From positions 42,230-106,229 of the forward strand of contig CAIMVM010000073.1 in the NCBI GenBank assembly GCA_903844895.1: a stretch of 64,000 nt of DNA, in the 5' to 3' direction. A model generated the notes under the pieces. It was not told where the DNA came from, searched no databases, and saw only the letters and a list, made by a program, of their open reading frames with translations. This DNA comes from an uncultured Pseudomonadota bacterium. Its GTDB lineage: Bacteria; Bdellovibrionota_B; Oligoflexia; Oligoflexales; CAIMVM01. The translations under genes and the position numbers were made by a program. This document shows, in pieces, positions 1 through 8,836 of the stretch (its first letter is position 1; each line of letters begins with the position of its first letter).

Positions 1-38
1 TTTAGTACCTCTTCAAAAGCCGCATAAGGTTTGAAAAT

Positions 39-1430
39 ATGAACACAGTAAACTTATCTGATGATGACCTTAGATTTCGTGTCCACCGTGAGGGAGAAGT
101 GGTTCGCTTTTTTGGATGCATCGGCGATACGCCGGACCTTGCCGCACTGGATGGTGTCCTTACCGACAAATCAGTTTGTGACCTGAGCAATCTCAGCTTT
201 GCATCCTGGATCGGACTAGCTACACTTGGCTCCTACATCTCTGGCAAAAAATTTCACTTAGTCTTCCAGGCAGTACCTTTTAAAATTTATGATTCCATGC
301 GGATGATGAAGACATTTGAAGAGCAAGAAATCAAAAATGCAATTGCGCCACTCCTCGATGCCAATACAAACAAAGTAAATTTTAAATTGATTGAATTTGA
401 TCCTCTGCGCGAGGCAGCTATGTCGGGCGAAGATTGGGTAGAGACTACGCCAGGTCAAAAATTGTTGGTACCAGCGCGATACCTTTTTCCTGATCTTCGT
501 ATGCAACGCGAAGGGGGCCCCATCCTCTTAAAAGTTCAGCATCCTCAAAAAGATATTGCAAGTTTCTGGATACAGTATGCGGCCTATTGCAATACCACTG
601 TTGAAATCAGCAGCGTGCTCGTGTACGCCGCCAAATTCAATATTATGCAAATTCTGGGTGAGATCAAATCGAAGATGGCGTCAGGAGAAGCAGCACTTAA
701 ACTTATTGACCCCAAAAATTCCTATACGTTGGTTCAACGCATGGAGAACATGATCAAGAACATTGAGAGCAGCTTTGATACCCTTGCCCGAAAGGTACAG
801 ACGCAACACGACGCAAGCCTAAAAACATATGCTGAATTGACTTCTCAATCGACTACCTCTGACATCGATGGCTCAACCTTCACGGCAGCGATGGCTGCCT
901 ATGCCACTTCCATTACCGAGATGGTTCATGTAGCAGCTGGCTGCGAGGACTGCGGAAGCGCCATAGGCGAACAACTTGGGTCCCTTCGAGCGACGCAGGT
1001 ACTTAAAAACGGCATGTCAACGTTTACAAATCCATCTCCAGAAATGCTCACCGCGATCCGTGATGCTTTCGCTATTATGGATATCATGTCTGAAGACGAC
1101 TGGATGGCAACGCGGGTCATCATCATGGACGAGATTGAACACATCGAGGGCCTCATAGGACGCTGTATCGTTACTTTGCAAGGGTTTGACATGATGCGTC
1201 AGATACTGGAACACCGCATTCAAGAGATGTTGTTAGTAACTGAGCTCTTCAAAGCCAATGGTGCTGATTCCCTCTTAGATCCAGATGTGAAAGAACAAGT
1301 ACTTGGTAAAATCGGCGCCCACATGGTGACCGAACAAGAGAAGGTTGCGTTTGAGTTCTATCTTCCGGACGGATTCGCGAGATTTGCGCAAACGGACCGT
1401 AAAGAGCCGGGTGATGTTCTATTGTTCTGA
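39..1430 (+). CDS. Hypothetical signalling protein: N-terminal STAS/anti-anti-sigma-like domain plus C-terminal helical CheZ/chemoreceptor-like region
   Basis: 463-aa ORF. N-terminus (VVRFFGCIGD...VCDLSNLSFASWIGL) resembles STAS. C-terminal LQGFDMMRQILEH resembles the CheZ-type DxxxQ motif. Ends in GDVLLF. Confidence 0.55.
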   Translation: MNTVNLSDDDLRFRVHREGEVVRFFGCIGDTPDLAALDGVLTDKSVCDLSNLSFASWIGLATLGSYISGKKFHLVFQAVPFKIYDSMRMMKTFEEQEIKNAIAPLLDANTNKVNFKLIEFDPLREAAMSGEDWVETTPGQKLLVPARYLFPDLRMQREGGPILLKVQHPQKDIASFWIQYAAYCNTTVEISSVLVYAAKFNIMQILGEIKSKMASGEAALKLIDPKNSYTLVQRMENMIKNIESSFDTLARKVQTQHDASLKTYAELTSQSTTSDIDGSTFTAAMAAYATSITEMVHVAAGCEDCGSAIGEQLGSLRATQVLKNGMSTFTNPSPEMLTAIRDAFAIMDIMSEDDWMATRVIIMDEIEHIEGLIGRCIVTLQGFDMMRQILEHRIQEMLLVTELFKANGADSLLDPDVKEQVLGKIGAHMVTEQEKVAFEFYLPDGFARFAQTDRKEPGDVLLF

Positions 1431-1483
1431 TTGTAAATTCGCAGGCCAGGAGAATGGCATTACGGTCGACTCAAGGCTATAAA

Positions 1484-1774
1484 CTATTTATTTGCAGGTG
1501 AGGATTCGTAACAGATGACTTCAGTATGTTTTGAAATGTCTTTATCTGCAATTTGACCATGCTCAGAAGCGATATGAACTTTCAATTCTGAGATTAACCG
1601 GGCTTTCTTTTGCGACAGAGAAAGATCACAGGAAACGTCCGCGTTCACATAAAAATCAGTGGATTCCTTATTTATAAAGTTACAAGTGGCTTTGCAAAAA
1701 CATGTCTTCGCAGATGCTGATCCCGAATGCGCTATGCCCATGCTTCCGGCAACTAAAAGTAGCAATTGTTTCAT
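1484..1774 (-). CDS. Small secreted Cys-containing hypothetical protein
   Basis: 96 aa, signal peptide MKQLLLLVAGSMGIAHSGSASA, several Cys (CFCKATC...C...C). Confidence 0.6.
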   Translation of the reverse strand: MKQLLLLVAGSMGIAHSGSASAKTCFCKATCNFINKESTDFYVNADVSCDLSLSQKKARLISELKVHIASEHGQIADKDISKHTEVICYESSPANK

Positions 1775-1848
1775 GATCTATGTCTTTTTTTGAAAAGAAA
1801 TCTACACGAGGCGAATCGAAGATTCACGATCCATTAAGTGGGGAAAAA

Positions 1849-1925
1849 TGGTGGGTCCAGCAGGACTTGAACCTGCGACCTTCGAGTTATGAGCACGCTG
1901 CTCTAACCAACTGAGCTATAGACCC
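1849..1925 (-). tRNA. tRNA with CAT anticodon, most likely tRNA-Ile2 (lysidine-modified, ileX-like)
   Basis: GGGTCTATAGCTCAGTTGGTTAGAGCAGCGTGCTCATAACTCGAAGGTCGCAGGTTCAAGTCCTGCTGGACCCACCA: 77 nt with intact acceptor, D and T arms and encoded CCA. Similar to E. coli ileX and located downstream of rpoD. G1-C72 is paired, so it is not the initiator tRNA. Confidence 0.88.
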
Positions 1926-1968
1926 ACGCGACAACTAAATTGCCACAACCAGCAGGAATTTCAACAAT

Positions 1969-1992
1969 AAAAGCCCACCAGGAGGTGGGCTT
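1969..1992 (-). terminator. Intrinsic terminator after rpoD
   Basis: AAGCCCACC-TCCT-GGTGGGCTT hairpin followed by TTATTG on the minus strand. Confidence 0.75.
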
Positions 1993-2015
1993 ATAAACTA
2001 ATTTTAGGCTAGCAT

Positions 2016-4397
2016 CTAGCTTTCAATAAAGGCGCGCAGCTTCTTAGATCGGGAAGGATGGCGCAGCTTTCTCAAAGCTTTTGCTTCAATTTGGCGAATA
2101 CGCTCTCGGGTCACATCAAAGTTTTGGCCTACTTCCTCAAGGGTATGATCGCTTCTCTCGCCAATACCAAAGCGCATGCGAAGAACTTTTTCTTCTCTCG
2201 GTGTAAGAGTTGCCAAAGCTTTCTCCGTTTGCTCCACAAGCGACGAACCCATCACATTCTCTGAAGGGGAATGGGTGGACTTATCTTCTAGGAAGTCACC
2301 AATATGATTGTCCTCTTCTTCACCAATAGGAGTTTCCAATGAAATGGGCTCTACGGCAATTTTTAAAACACGGCGAACTTTATCTAAAGACATGTCCATT
2401 CGCGCTGCAATTTCTTCAGGAGTGGGTTCTCGACCCATCTCTTGAACTAAATGGCGGCTGGTTCGAATGAGCTTATTGATCGTTTCAATCATGTGAACAG
2501 GAATTCGAATGGTTCTGGCTTGATCAGCAATTGCCCTAGTAATCGCCTGCCTGATCCACCAAGTCGCATAAGTTGAAAACTTGTATCCCCTGCGGTACTC
2601 AAATTTTTCAACAGCTTTCATCAAACCTATATTGCCCTCTTGAATCAGATCAAGAAACTGTAGTCCTCTATTGGTATACTTTTTGGCAATCGAAACCACG
2701 AGTCGAAGGTTAGCTTCGACAAGTTCTCGCTTAGCTGACTCAGCATCGGTTGCCATGGCGACAAGTTGACGATAGACACTCAGAAGCTCTTTAGAATCCA
2801 TGGAAGATTCATCAATGGTCCGAACGAGAGTATCCATAGCCGCTTTAAAGTTTCTATGAACACGCTGCCATTCCCTTTCAGTGGCCTTTCCAAAGGGAAC
2901 ATCAGGAGTTTTAAGAATATGCTCCTTAAGATCCTCGACAGTGCACTCCAAACGACGGCTATAGTAGGCTTGATCGTTATAAGCTTCCGTGATGGAAACC
3001 GTAAATCCAGCCATGATATCAATGGCTTTCTGCATCAACTTGCGGTTGATATTTAAATCCTTAAGGGACTTGAAAATTTCCATTTTAGATTGATGGATTT
3101 TCTCAGGCTTTGCCCCTTTTCTTTTCAGAATGGCCAAATATTCTTCAAATTCTTTGAGAAATTGCTGTGTAGCTACGCGAATTTTACTCTCATGAATTTC
3201 TTCGTTATTAGAAGCTTCATCGTCATCAAAGCCCTTGATCCAGCCCTTCATCCTAATTTCGCCAGATACGAACTTAGATGCAGTTTCGAAAATAAGGTCT
3301 CGGCCAATTTTCAAATCGAGCATGCGCTCTAGAATGCGGTTTTCTGCATCTTCAATCTTTTTAGCGATTACAACTTCACCTTCACGGGACAGAAGCGCTA
3401 CAGAACCCATTTTGCGCAAGTAGATTCTAACCGGATCATTCGAACGACCCAGATCTAAAGTGGCCATCGCCTGAACTGCTTTAACATCTACTTCTTCATC
3501 TTCTTTTTTATTTGAGTCTTCTTTAGAATTTTGTTCTGCTTGAACTCGCTTGCTTTCTGCTTTGCCTTCTAATGCAGGCTCGGCTATCGCTCCCTTTCTC
3601 AAGGAAGGACCTCTATCAATAATTTCGATACTGGCGTCTGAGGCCATAATCATCAATTCATTAACTTCTGCTGCGGTGATCGTCTTTACTGTGTCAGTAA
3701 TACTTTGAATATCTTTGTAGCTGAGGATTCCCTCTTTCTTCTTGGCAGCCTGAGCTACTTTATCAAAAAGTGCCTTTATATCCGTTTTAGAAGCTTCTGC
3801 TTTTGCGGGCTTCTGAGTTGCTTTCGAAGTTACTTCCACTTGGGCCACAGGCGACTTGACCGCCTTCTCGTCCATCTTTAAGGATTTTTTACCTGAGATC
3901 GATTCCAACTTAGTTACCGAAGCTTTAACTGGAGTCGCTTTGTGGTCTTTGCTACTAGCTTGTGATAGAGCCGACTTTACTGCTGACTTTACAGCTGTCT
4001 TTACAACGGACTGAACCACGGTTTTCACTTGAGCTTTAAGGGGCCCTTTGGATGACTTATTTACAGCCGTTTTAGCGGCTGGTTTGGTGGTCTTCACCAC
4101 TTTTTTTTCCTGAGGTTTGGCAGCCTGCTTTTTATCCGCGGGTTTTTGTGCAGGCTTAGAGTCTTTTTTTGCAAGACTTTTGGGCAAACTCTTTGCCGGC
4201 TTTCCCAATGATGCCTTTGCTAATACCACATCTTTTTTTGACAATACGGGTTTAGCCTTTATGGCTCCCGCCTTTTGTGACTTAGCAGAAGGAGATTTTG
4301 ACAAATTTTTGATGCCTTTATTTAAAGGCTTCCCGCCAGAAGCACCTGATTTACTTGTTGATTTTCCGTTTGGCTTGGCCGTCTTCTTGTTGAGCAA
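2016..4397 (-). CDS. rpoD: RNA polymerase primary sigma factor RpoD with long Lys/Ala-rich N-terminal extension
   Basis: [11 protein letters not shown] (region 1.2), [38 protein letters not shown] and [36 protein letters not shown] start with GGAGG RBS. Confidence 0.97.
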   Translation of the reverse strand: MLNKKTAKPNGKSTSKSGASGGKPLNKGIKNLSKSPSAKSQKAGAIKAKPVLSKKDVVLAKASLGKPAKSLPKSLAKKDSKPAQKPADKKQAAKPQEKKVVKTTKPAAKTAVNKSSKGPLKAQVKTVVQSVVKTAVKSAVKSALSQASSKDHKATPVKASVTKLESISGKKSLKMDEKAVKSPVAQVEVTSKATQKPAKAEASKTDIKALFDKVAQAAKKKEGILSYKDIQSITDTVKTITAAEVNELMIMASDASIEIIDRGPSLRKGAIAEPALEGKAESKRVQAEQNSKEDSNKKEDEEVDVKAVQAMATLDLGRSNDPVRIYLRKMGSVALLSREGEVVIAKKIEDAENRILERMLDLKIGRDLIFETASKFVSGEIRMKGWIKGFDDDEASNNEEIHESKIRVATQQFLKEFEEYLAILKRKGAKPEKIHQSKMEIFKSLKDLNINRKLMQKAIDIMAGFTVSITEAYNDQAYYSRRLECTVEDLKEHILKTPDVPFGKATEREWQRVHRNFKAAMDTLVRTIDESSMDSKELLSVYRQLVAMATDAESAKRELVEANLRLVVSIAKKYTNRGLQFLDLIQEGNIGLMKAVEKFEYRRGYKFSTYATWWIRQAITRAIADQARTIRIPVHMIETINKLIRTSRHLVQEMGREPTPEEIAARMDMSLDKVRRVLKIAVEPISLETPIGEEEDNHIGDFLEDKSTHSPSENVMGSSLVEQTEKALATLTPREEKVLRMRFGIGERSDHTLEEVGQNFDVTRERIRQIEAKALRKLRHPSRSKKLRAFIES

Positions 4398-4473
4398 GGG
4401 AGCCTCCAGCTGAATTGTTCAAAAGGATCTTTTATATGACAAAGCCTATTTAATCAACTAATACCTTTCTTTA

Positions 4474-6255
4474 TTAACGGAGATTTCTCATCTCACGTTC
4501 CATCTGAAAAAGCTCGTTTTGCAGAGACTGAATTTCTTTGACCATCACCATAAGCTCATCACCTTCAGCTCGGCCTACTTGAGCCTTCAAATTCTGAACC
4601 GCCATCTTGAGCAGGTCCCCTCTCACCTTACCCATCAGTATAGAAACAGCACGAGTCCGGCTTTGAACTTCATAGAGAGGACGCAGAGTCGTCAAATACA
4701 TAATAAATTCAGCCGCTTCTGGATCCTGAGCCATCTTCATTCTTCCCATTTCGTAGCGGCTGGGGGATTCGCCAGATTGAAGAATATCCAAAAACTCTTC
4801 CGCAAGTTGAAGCACCCCTTGAGAGAGACGCATTTCCTCTCTTAAAAAGGCGAGTAAAACAGACACATCGACCTGACCTGGCTCAGCAAAGTAAAGGTGG
4901 GCCAAAAGTTCTCTCACATCGCCTTTTGCAGGAGCCTTAAAAGACTCTCTAGGAACGGCCGTGACGGGCTTCACTCTTTCAACTTTGGGTAAGTCTTCTT
5001 TTAATAATAGCTGCTCCTGAAGAACAGCTTCTGAGATTCCCGACAGCTGGGAAACTCTCGAAATCAAAAATGCCCTGCGAACGGGATCTAAAGTTTGTCT
5101 CACCCAAGGCAGTAACTCTTTAGACACAACATCAGGTATGGACGTTGAGGATGTTGTCTGGAGCTTTTTTTGAATCGCGTATTGAAGAATATCCGTGGCA
5201 CCAGCAAAATAGCTTTCAAGAGCATCTGGACCTCTTTCCGCTAAAAATTCATCAGGATCAAGTGCATCAGGCAAGGTTACCACTTTGATGCTAAGCTCTG
5301 GAACATTCATAGCTTCGGAAAGAACTCGCATGGTCGCGTTCTGCCCGGCACTGTCACCATCGAATAACAAATAGACTAAACCGGTCACATGACTCAAATG
5401 TTTTAAGTGAGCTAAAGTTAAAGCAGTGCCTTGGCTCGCGACAGTTTCCGAAAAACCGCTTTGCCACATTTTTAAAGCATCAATATAGCCTTCTACTACT
5501 ATCGCTCGACCCTTCTTTTTGATCTCTCCCCGAGCCTCGAAAAGGCCAAATAAAACATGACCCTTATCATATCTGGAGTTCTTATATTTTTGCGGCGATT
5601 GATCAAGCGCTCGCCCTCCAAAGGCTATGAGACGCCCTTGCCCATCACGAATGGGGATCATGACTCGATTTCTGAAGAAATCGTGCCATTTGCGGTCGCT
5701 ATCATAATAGGTAGCTAAGGAAGCTTGTTCCATTTCCTCATAACTATACCCTAGGCCCTTGAGATAATTGACTAAGTCAAAAGTGCCCCCCCTGGCATAT
5801 CCCATACCAAACGTCTTCATCGAAGCCTGAGAAAAGCCGCGTCCTTCGAGGTAATCAAGTACAGGCTTTCCTTCCTTGTCCCAAAGATGTTCGACAAAAA
5901 ACTCCTGAGCTGCCAGGACAATTTCATGGCGCCGAAGCCTTGCTTTCTTCTCATGGCTGTCCACGTCTCGGGTCAATTCAGAAACATCTGTACCAGTCTT
6001 TTGCCCTAACCATTTCAGGGTATCAATAAACCCTAAACCTATTTGCTTTCTAATAAATTCAATTGCGTCACCATGGGCTCTACACCCAAAACAGTGGAAA
6101 TGATCTGAATACACATAAAAAGATGGCGTTTTTTCGTTGTGAAAGGGACAACAGCCTCTATAATTTCCGGAGCTTTTTTGTAGTGGAACAAATTCCCCAA
6201 TGAGCTCGGGTAGTATCACTTTTTGAAGAATACTGCGTTTTAAGTCGTCACTCAT
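4474..6255 (-). CDS. dnaG: DNA primase
   Basis: CHC2 zinc finger CPFHNEKTPSF...CFGC, FGGR, KYKNS, Toprim motifs VEGYID and FDGDSAG, DPDEF. Directly upstream of rpoD. Confidence 0.97.
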   Translation of the reverse strand: MSDDLKRSILQKVILPELIGEFVPLQKSSGNYRGCCPFHNEKTPSFYVYSDHFHCFGCRAHGDAIEFIRKQIGLGFIDTLKWLGQKTGTDVSELTRDVDSHEKKARLRRHEIVLAAQEFFVEHLWDKEGKPVLDYLEGRGFSQASMKTFGMGYARGGTFDLVNYLKGLGYSYEEMEQASLATYYDSDRKWHDFFRNRVMIPIRDGQGRLIAFGGRALDQSPQKYKNSRYDKGHVLFGLFEARGEIKKKGRAIVVEGYIDALKMWQSGFSETVASQGTALTLAHLKHLSHVTGLVYLLFDGDSAGQNATMRVLSEAMNVPELSIKVVTLPDALDPDEFLAERGPDALESYFAGATDILQYAIQKKLQTTSSTSIPDVVSKELLPWVRQTLDPVRRAFLISRVSQLSGISEAVLQEQLLLKEDLPKVERVKPVTAVPRESFKAPAKGDVRELLAHLYFAEPGQVDVSVLLAFLREEMRLSQGVLQLAEEFLDILQSGESPSRYEMGRMKMAQDPEAAEFIMYLTTLRPLYEVQSRTRAVSILMGKVRGDLLKMAVQNLKAQVGRAEGDELMVMVKEIQSLQNELFQMEREMRNLR

Positions 6256-6423
6256 GTCTTGCCTTTTTTATGCGCAGAAGAGCATAGGCTGACTTTCTTA
6301 TTTTGTCTAGAAACATCATAAAGATGATTTGCAGATGCTTAAATAGGCCGAAAAAGATTTTACTAACGCCTCATTTCCCTTTACTATGCGACGATAGAGT
6401 AAACGCAACAAGTCGGAACAATT

Positions 6424-6936
6424 ATGATTTTAGGCTTCCAAAATGAAGTTCGAATGGAAAAAGCTATGCGCCTTTTAGTGCAAAATATCGACTCTCCATC
6501 TAAATCAGGTAGCCAAAAGCCCGTCATTGCCCATAGCCTGCGGGTTGCGCAGGTTTTAGAGTCTTTAGGTTATGGCGGCGACACGATAATTATTGCGCTT
6601 CTGCACGACATACTCGAAAAGAGCTCCGTTACGGAGAGGGAAATTGCTCAGCAATTTGGACAAGATATTGCGGGCGCGGTTGGGGCTTTAACCGTTCAAA
6701 AAGGCAACGACGATTCTTGGGCTAAGTCTCTGAAATTATGTCAGTTGTCTGGACGCCCTGCCATGCTCGTAAGGGCTGCAGATTTATATGATAATTTATG
6801 CCGCCAAAAGCACCTGGAAAATCGAACCAAAGTAGAAAAGTACCTAAAAAAAATGGTCCTTATGAAAGCATCTTGGGGCGAAGAACTGGCCTTTGAGCCT
6901 ATATGGCGGCGTCTTACTTTAAGCTTTGAAAGCTAG
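6424..6936 (+). CDS. Stand-alone HD-domain protein, RelA/SpoT-hydrolase-like (small alarmone hydrolase-like, degenerate)
   Basis: PVIAHSLRVA, ALLHDILE, VGALT and ADLYDN parallel the RSH/Mesh1 hydrolase motifs. Confidence 0.7.
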   Translation: MILGFQNEVRMEKAMRLLVQNIDSPSKSGSQKPVIAHSLRVAQVLESLGYGGDTIIIALLHDILEKSSVTEREIAQQFGQDIAGAVGALTVQKGNDDSWAKSLKLCQLSGRPAMLVRAADLYDNLCRQKHLENRTKVEKYLKKMVLMKASWGEELAFEPIWRRLTLSFES

Positions 6937-7005
6937 CAATCAAAGTCGGCATTAGCTTTTTCTTTCAAACCTGATACATTGCCCCTTCAGTTTTTTGGAG
7001 TGGAT

Positions 7006-7500
7006 ATGCCCTCATTTGATATAGTTAGCGAAGTTGATTTTCAAGAGATTGATAACTCCGTAAACCAAGCTGCCAAAGAGATTGAATCTCGATTTGACTT
7101 TAAGGGATCAAAATCGTCTCTCGATTTCGACAAAACAGCAAAGGTGATTAAGGTTCTTGCCGATGACGATATGAAGTTACGCGCGATGCACCAGATTCTC
7201 GGGACCAAAATGGCAAAGCGAGGAATCGACTTGCGCTCCCTTGATTATGGCAAGGAAGAACTCGGATCCATGAACACTATCAAGCAGACCATCACCCTTA
7301 AAAATGGTCTCGACAAAGAAGCAGCTAAAAAAGTGACAAAGATTATCAAAGAGTCTGGCTTAAAAGTTCAGGCCCAGATACAAGATGATCAAGTTAGGGT
7401 AACAGGAAAGAAGATTGACGATCTTCAAGAGGTAATTGCTCTGCTCAAGTCTAATACGGATCTAGGAATCCCCTTACAATATATAAATATGCGGAGCTGA
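7006..7500 (+). CDS. yajQ: YajQ family nucleotide/c-di-GMP-binding protein
   Basis: MPSFDIVSEVD...RFDFKGS...KVQAQIQDDQVRVTGKKIDDLQ. ATG at 7006 with GGAG RBS. Confidence 0.93.
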   Translation: MPSFDIVSEVDFQEIDNSVNQAAKEIESRFDFKGSKSSLDFDKTAKVIKVLADDDMKLRAMHQILGTKMAKRGIDLRSLDYGKEELGSMNTIKQTITLKNGLDKEAAKKVTKIIKESGLKVQAQIQDDQVRVTGKKIDDLQEVIALLKSNTDLGIPLQYINMRS

Positions 7501-7502
7501 AA

Positions 7503-8621
7503 ATGGGTTTTAAATGTGGAATCGTCGGACTGCCTAACGTAGGGAAGTCCACAATATTTAATGCCTTAACTTCCGCAGGAGCGGCGAGCGCTAACTACCC
7601 ATTTTGCACCATTGATCCCAATGTGGGCATGGTTGATGTGCCAGATGAAAGACTTGAACAGCTCAATATGATTATTAAAGCCCAACGCCTCATTCCAGCG
7701 TCTATGGAGTTTGTGGACATTGCCGGTTTGGTAAAAGGAGCATCAAAAGGCGAAGGACTGGGAAATAAATTTTTAGGTCATATAAAATCGACAGATGCTA
7801 TTGCCCATGTGGTGAGGTGTTTTGACTCAGGCGATATCATTCACGTTGAGGGAAGCGTTTCCCCCATTCGAGACATTTCTATCATAGAAACTGAGCTCAT
7901 TATGTCGGACTTTGAAACCGTCGATGCTGCCCTCAATCGGAATCGAAAGCTTTCTAAGGGCGGAAAAAAAGAAATCGGCCTCATAATCACGATGTTAGAA
8001 GCCTTACAAGCCCATCTTCAAGACTTAAAGCCAGCACGTACCTTTAATTTAGCGCCATTCATCGCGGAAAGCGTGGAAGTCTATCATGCCTATAGAGACT
8101 GCCACATGCTTACGGCAAAACGTGTAGTATATGTCTGCAATGTAGATGAAAGTCTTGCTGCTGGCGACGTTGACAATGAGTTTACAAAACAAGTAAAAGA
8201 ACATGCGGCAAAAGAAAATGCGGGCGTTGTCATTCTTTGTGGAAAGATAGAAGAAGAGCTGTCCAGTTTAACTGGCACAGAAAAAAAAGAAATGCTTGAG
8301 GCGATGGGTTTAAGTGAAGCCGGCTTGAACCGACTCATTCGAACGGGATATTCTCTATTAGGACTTCAAAATTATTTTACTGCCGGCGAAAAAGAGATTC
8401 GAGCTTGGACTATCACTCAGGGCACTAAAGCTCCCCAAGCTGCAGGAGTGATACATTCGGATTTTGAACGTGGCTTTATTTGTGCGGAAACTTACCGCAT
8501 TGAAGGCCTCATGAAAGCTGGCTCCAAAGCAAAACTTAAAGAACTCGGCCTTCTTCGCCTCGAGGGCAAAGAATACGTAGTACAAGACGGCGACGTCATG
8601 GAATTTAGATTCAATGTTTAA
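7503..8621 (+). CDS. ychF: Ribosome-binding ATPase YchF (Obg family)
   Basis: GIVGLPNVGKST, ANYPFCTIDPN, DIAGLVKGASKGEGLGNKFL, EGKEYVVQDGD. Confidence 0.97.
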   Translation: MGFKCGIVGLPNVGKSTIFNALTSAGAASANYPFCTIDPNVGMVDVPDERLEQLNMIIKAQRLIPASMEFVDIAGLVKGASKGEGLGNKFLGHIKSTDAIAHVVRCFDSGDIIHVEGSVSPIRDISIIETELIMSDFETVDAALNRNRKLSKGGKKEIGLIITMLEALQAHLQDLKPARTFNLAPFIAESVEVYHAYRDCHMLTAKRVVYVCNVDESLAAGDVDNEFTKQVKEHAAKENAGVVILCGKIEEELSSLTGTEKKEMLEAMGLSEAGLNRLIRTGYSLLGLQNYFTAGEKEIRAWTITQGTKAPQAAGVIHSDFERGFICAETYRIEGLMKAGSKAKLKELGLLRLEGKEYVVQDGDVMEFRFNV

Positions 8622-8708
8622 AGTTAGTGATGGACCTTGCTAAAAATGACCAGAAGCTGTCTAGGCGTTGCGTAAAGTCTGGCAGGTAAAACGTGGATGA
8701 TTTCTATA

Positions 8709-8765
8709 GTACCCAAGGGGGAAAACTGTTTATCTTTTTCGATCCAGTTTCACCCCAATGGGTAC
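8709..8765. other. Long imperfect inverted repeat between convergent genes (possible terminator or processing stem)
   Basis: GTACCCA-AGGGG-GAAAACTG ... CAGTTTC-ACCCC-AA-TGGGTAC. Confidence 0.45.
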
Positions 8766-8836
8766 CTACGTAAATACAGGCCGCTATAAGACTCAAAGTC
8801 AAGTTTGCATAGGTTTTCGACTTACTGTTTCAGCCC

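Noticed and set aside
1849-1925. Initiator tRNA-fMet
   Set aside because: The first base pair is matched (G1-C72) and there is no GGG/CCC anticodon stem; the sequence and rpoD-linked position favour Ile2.
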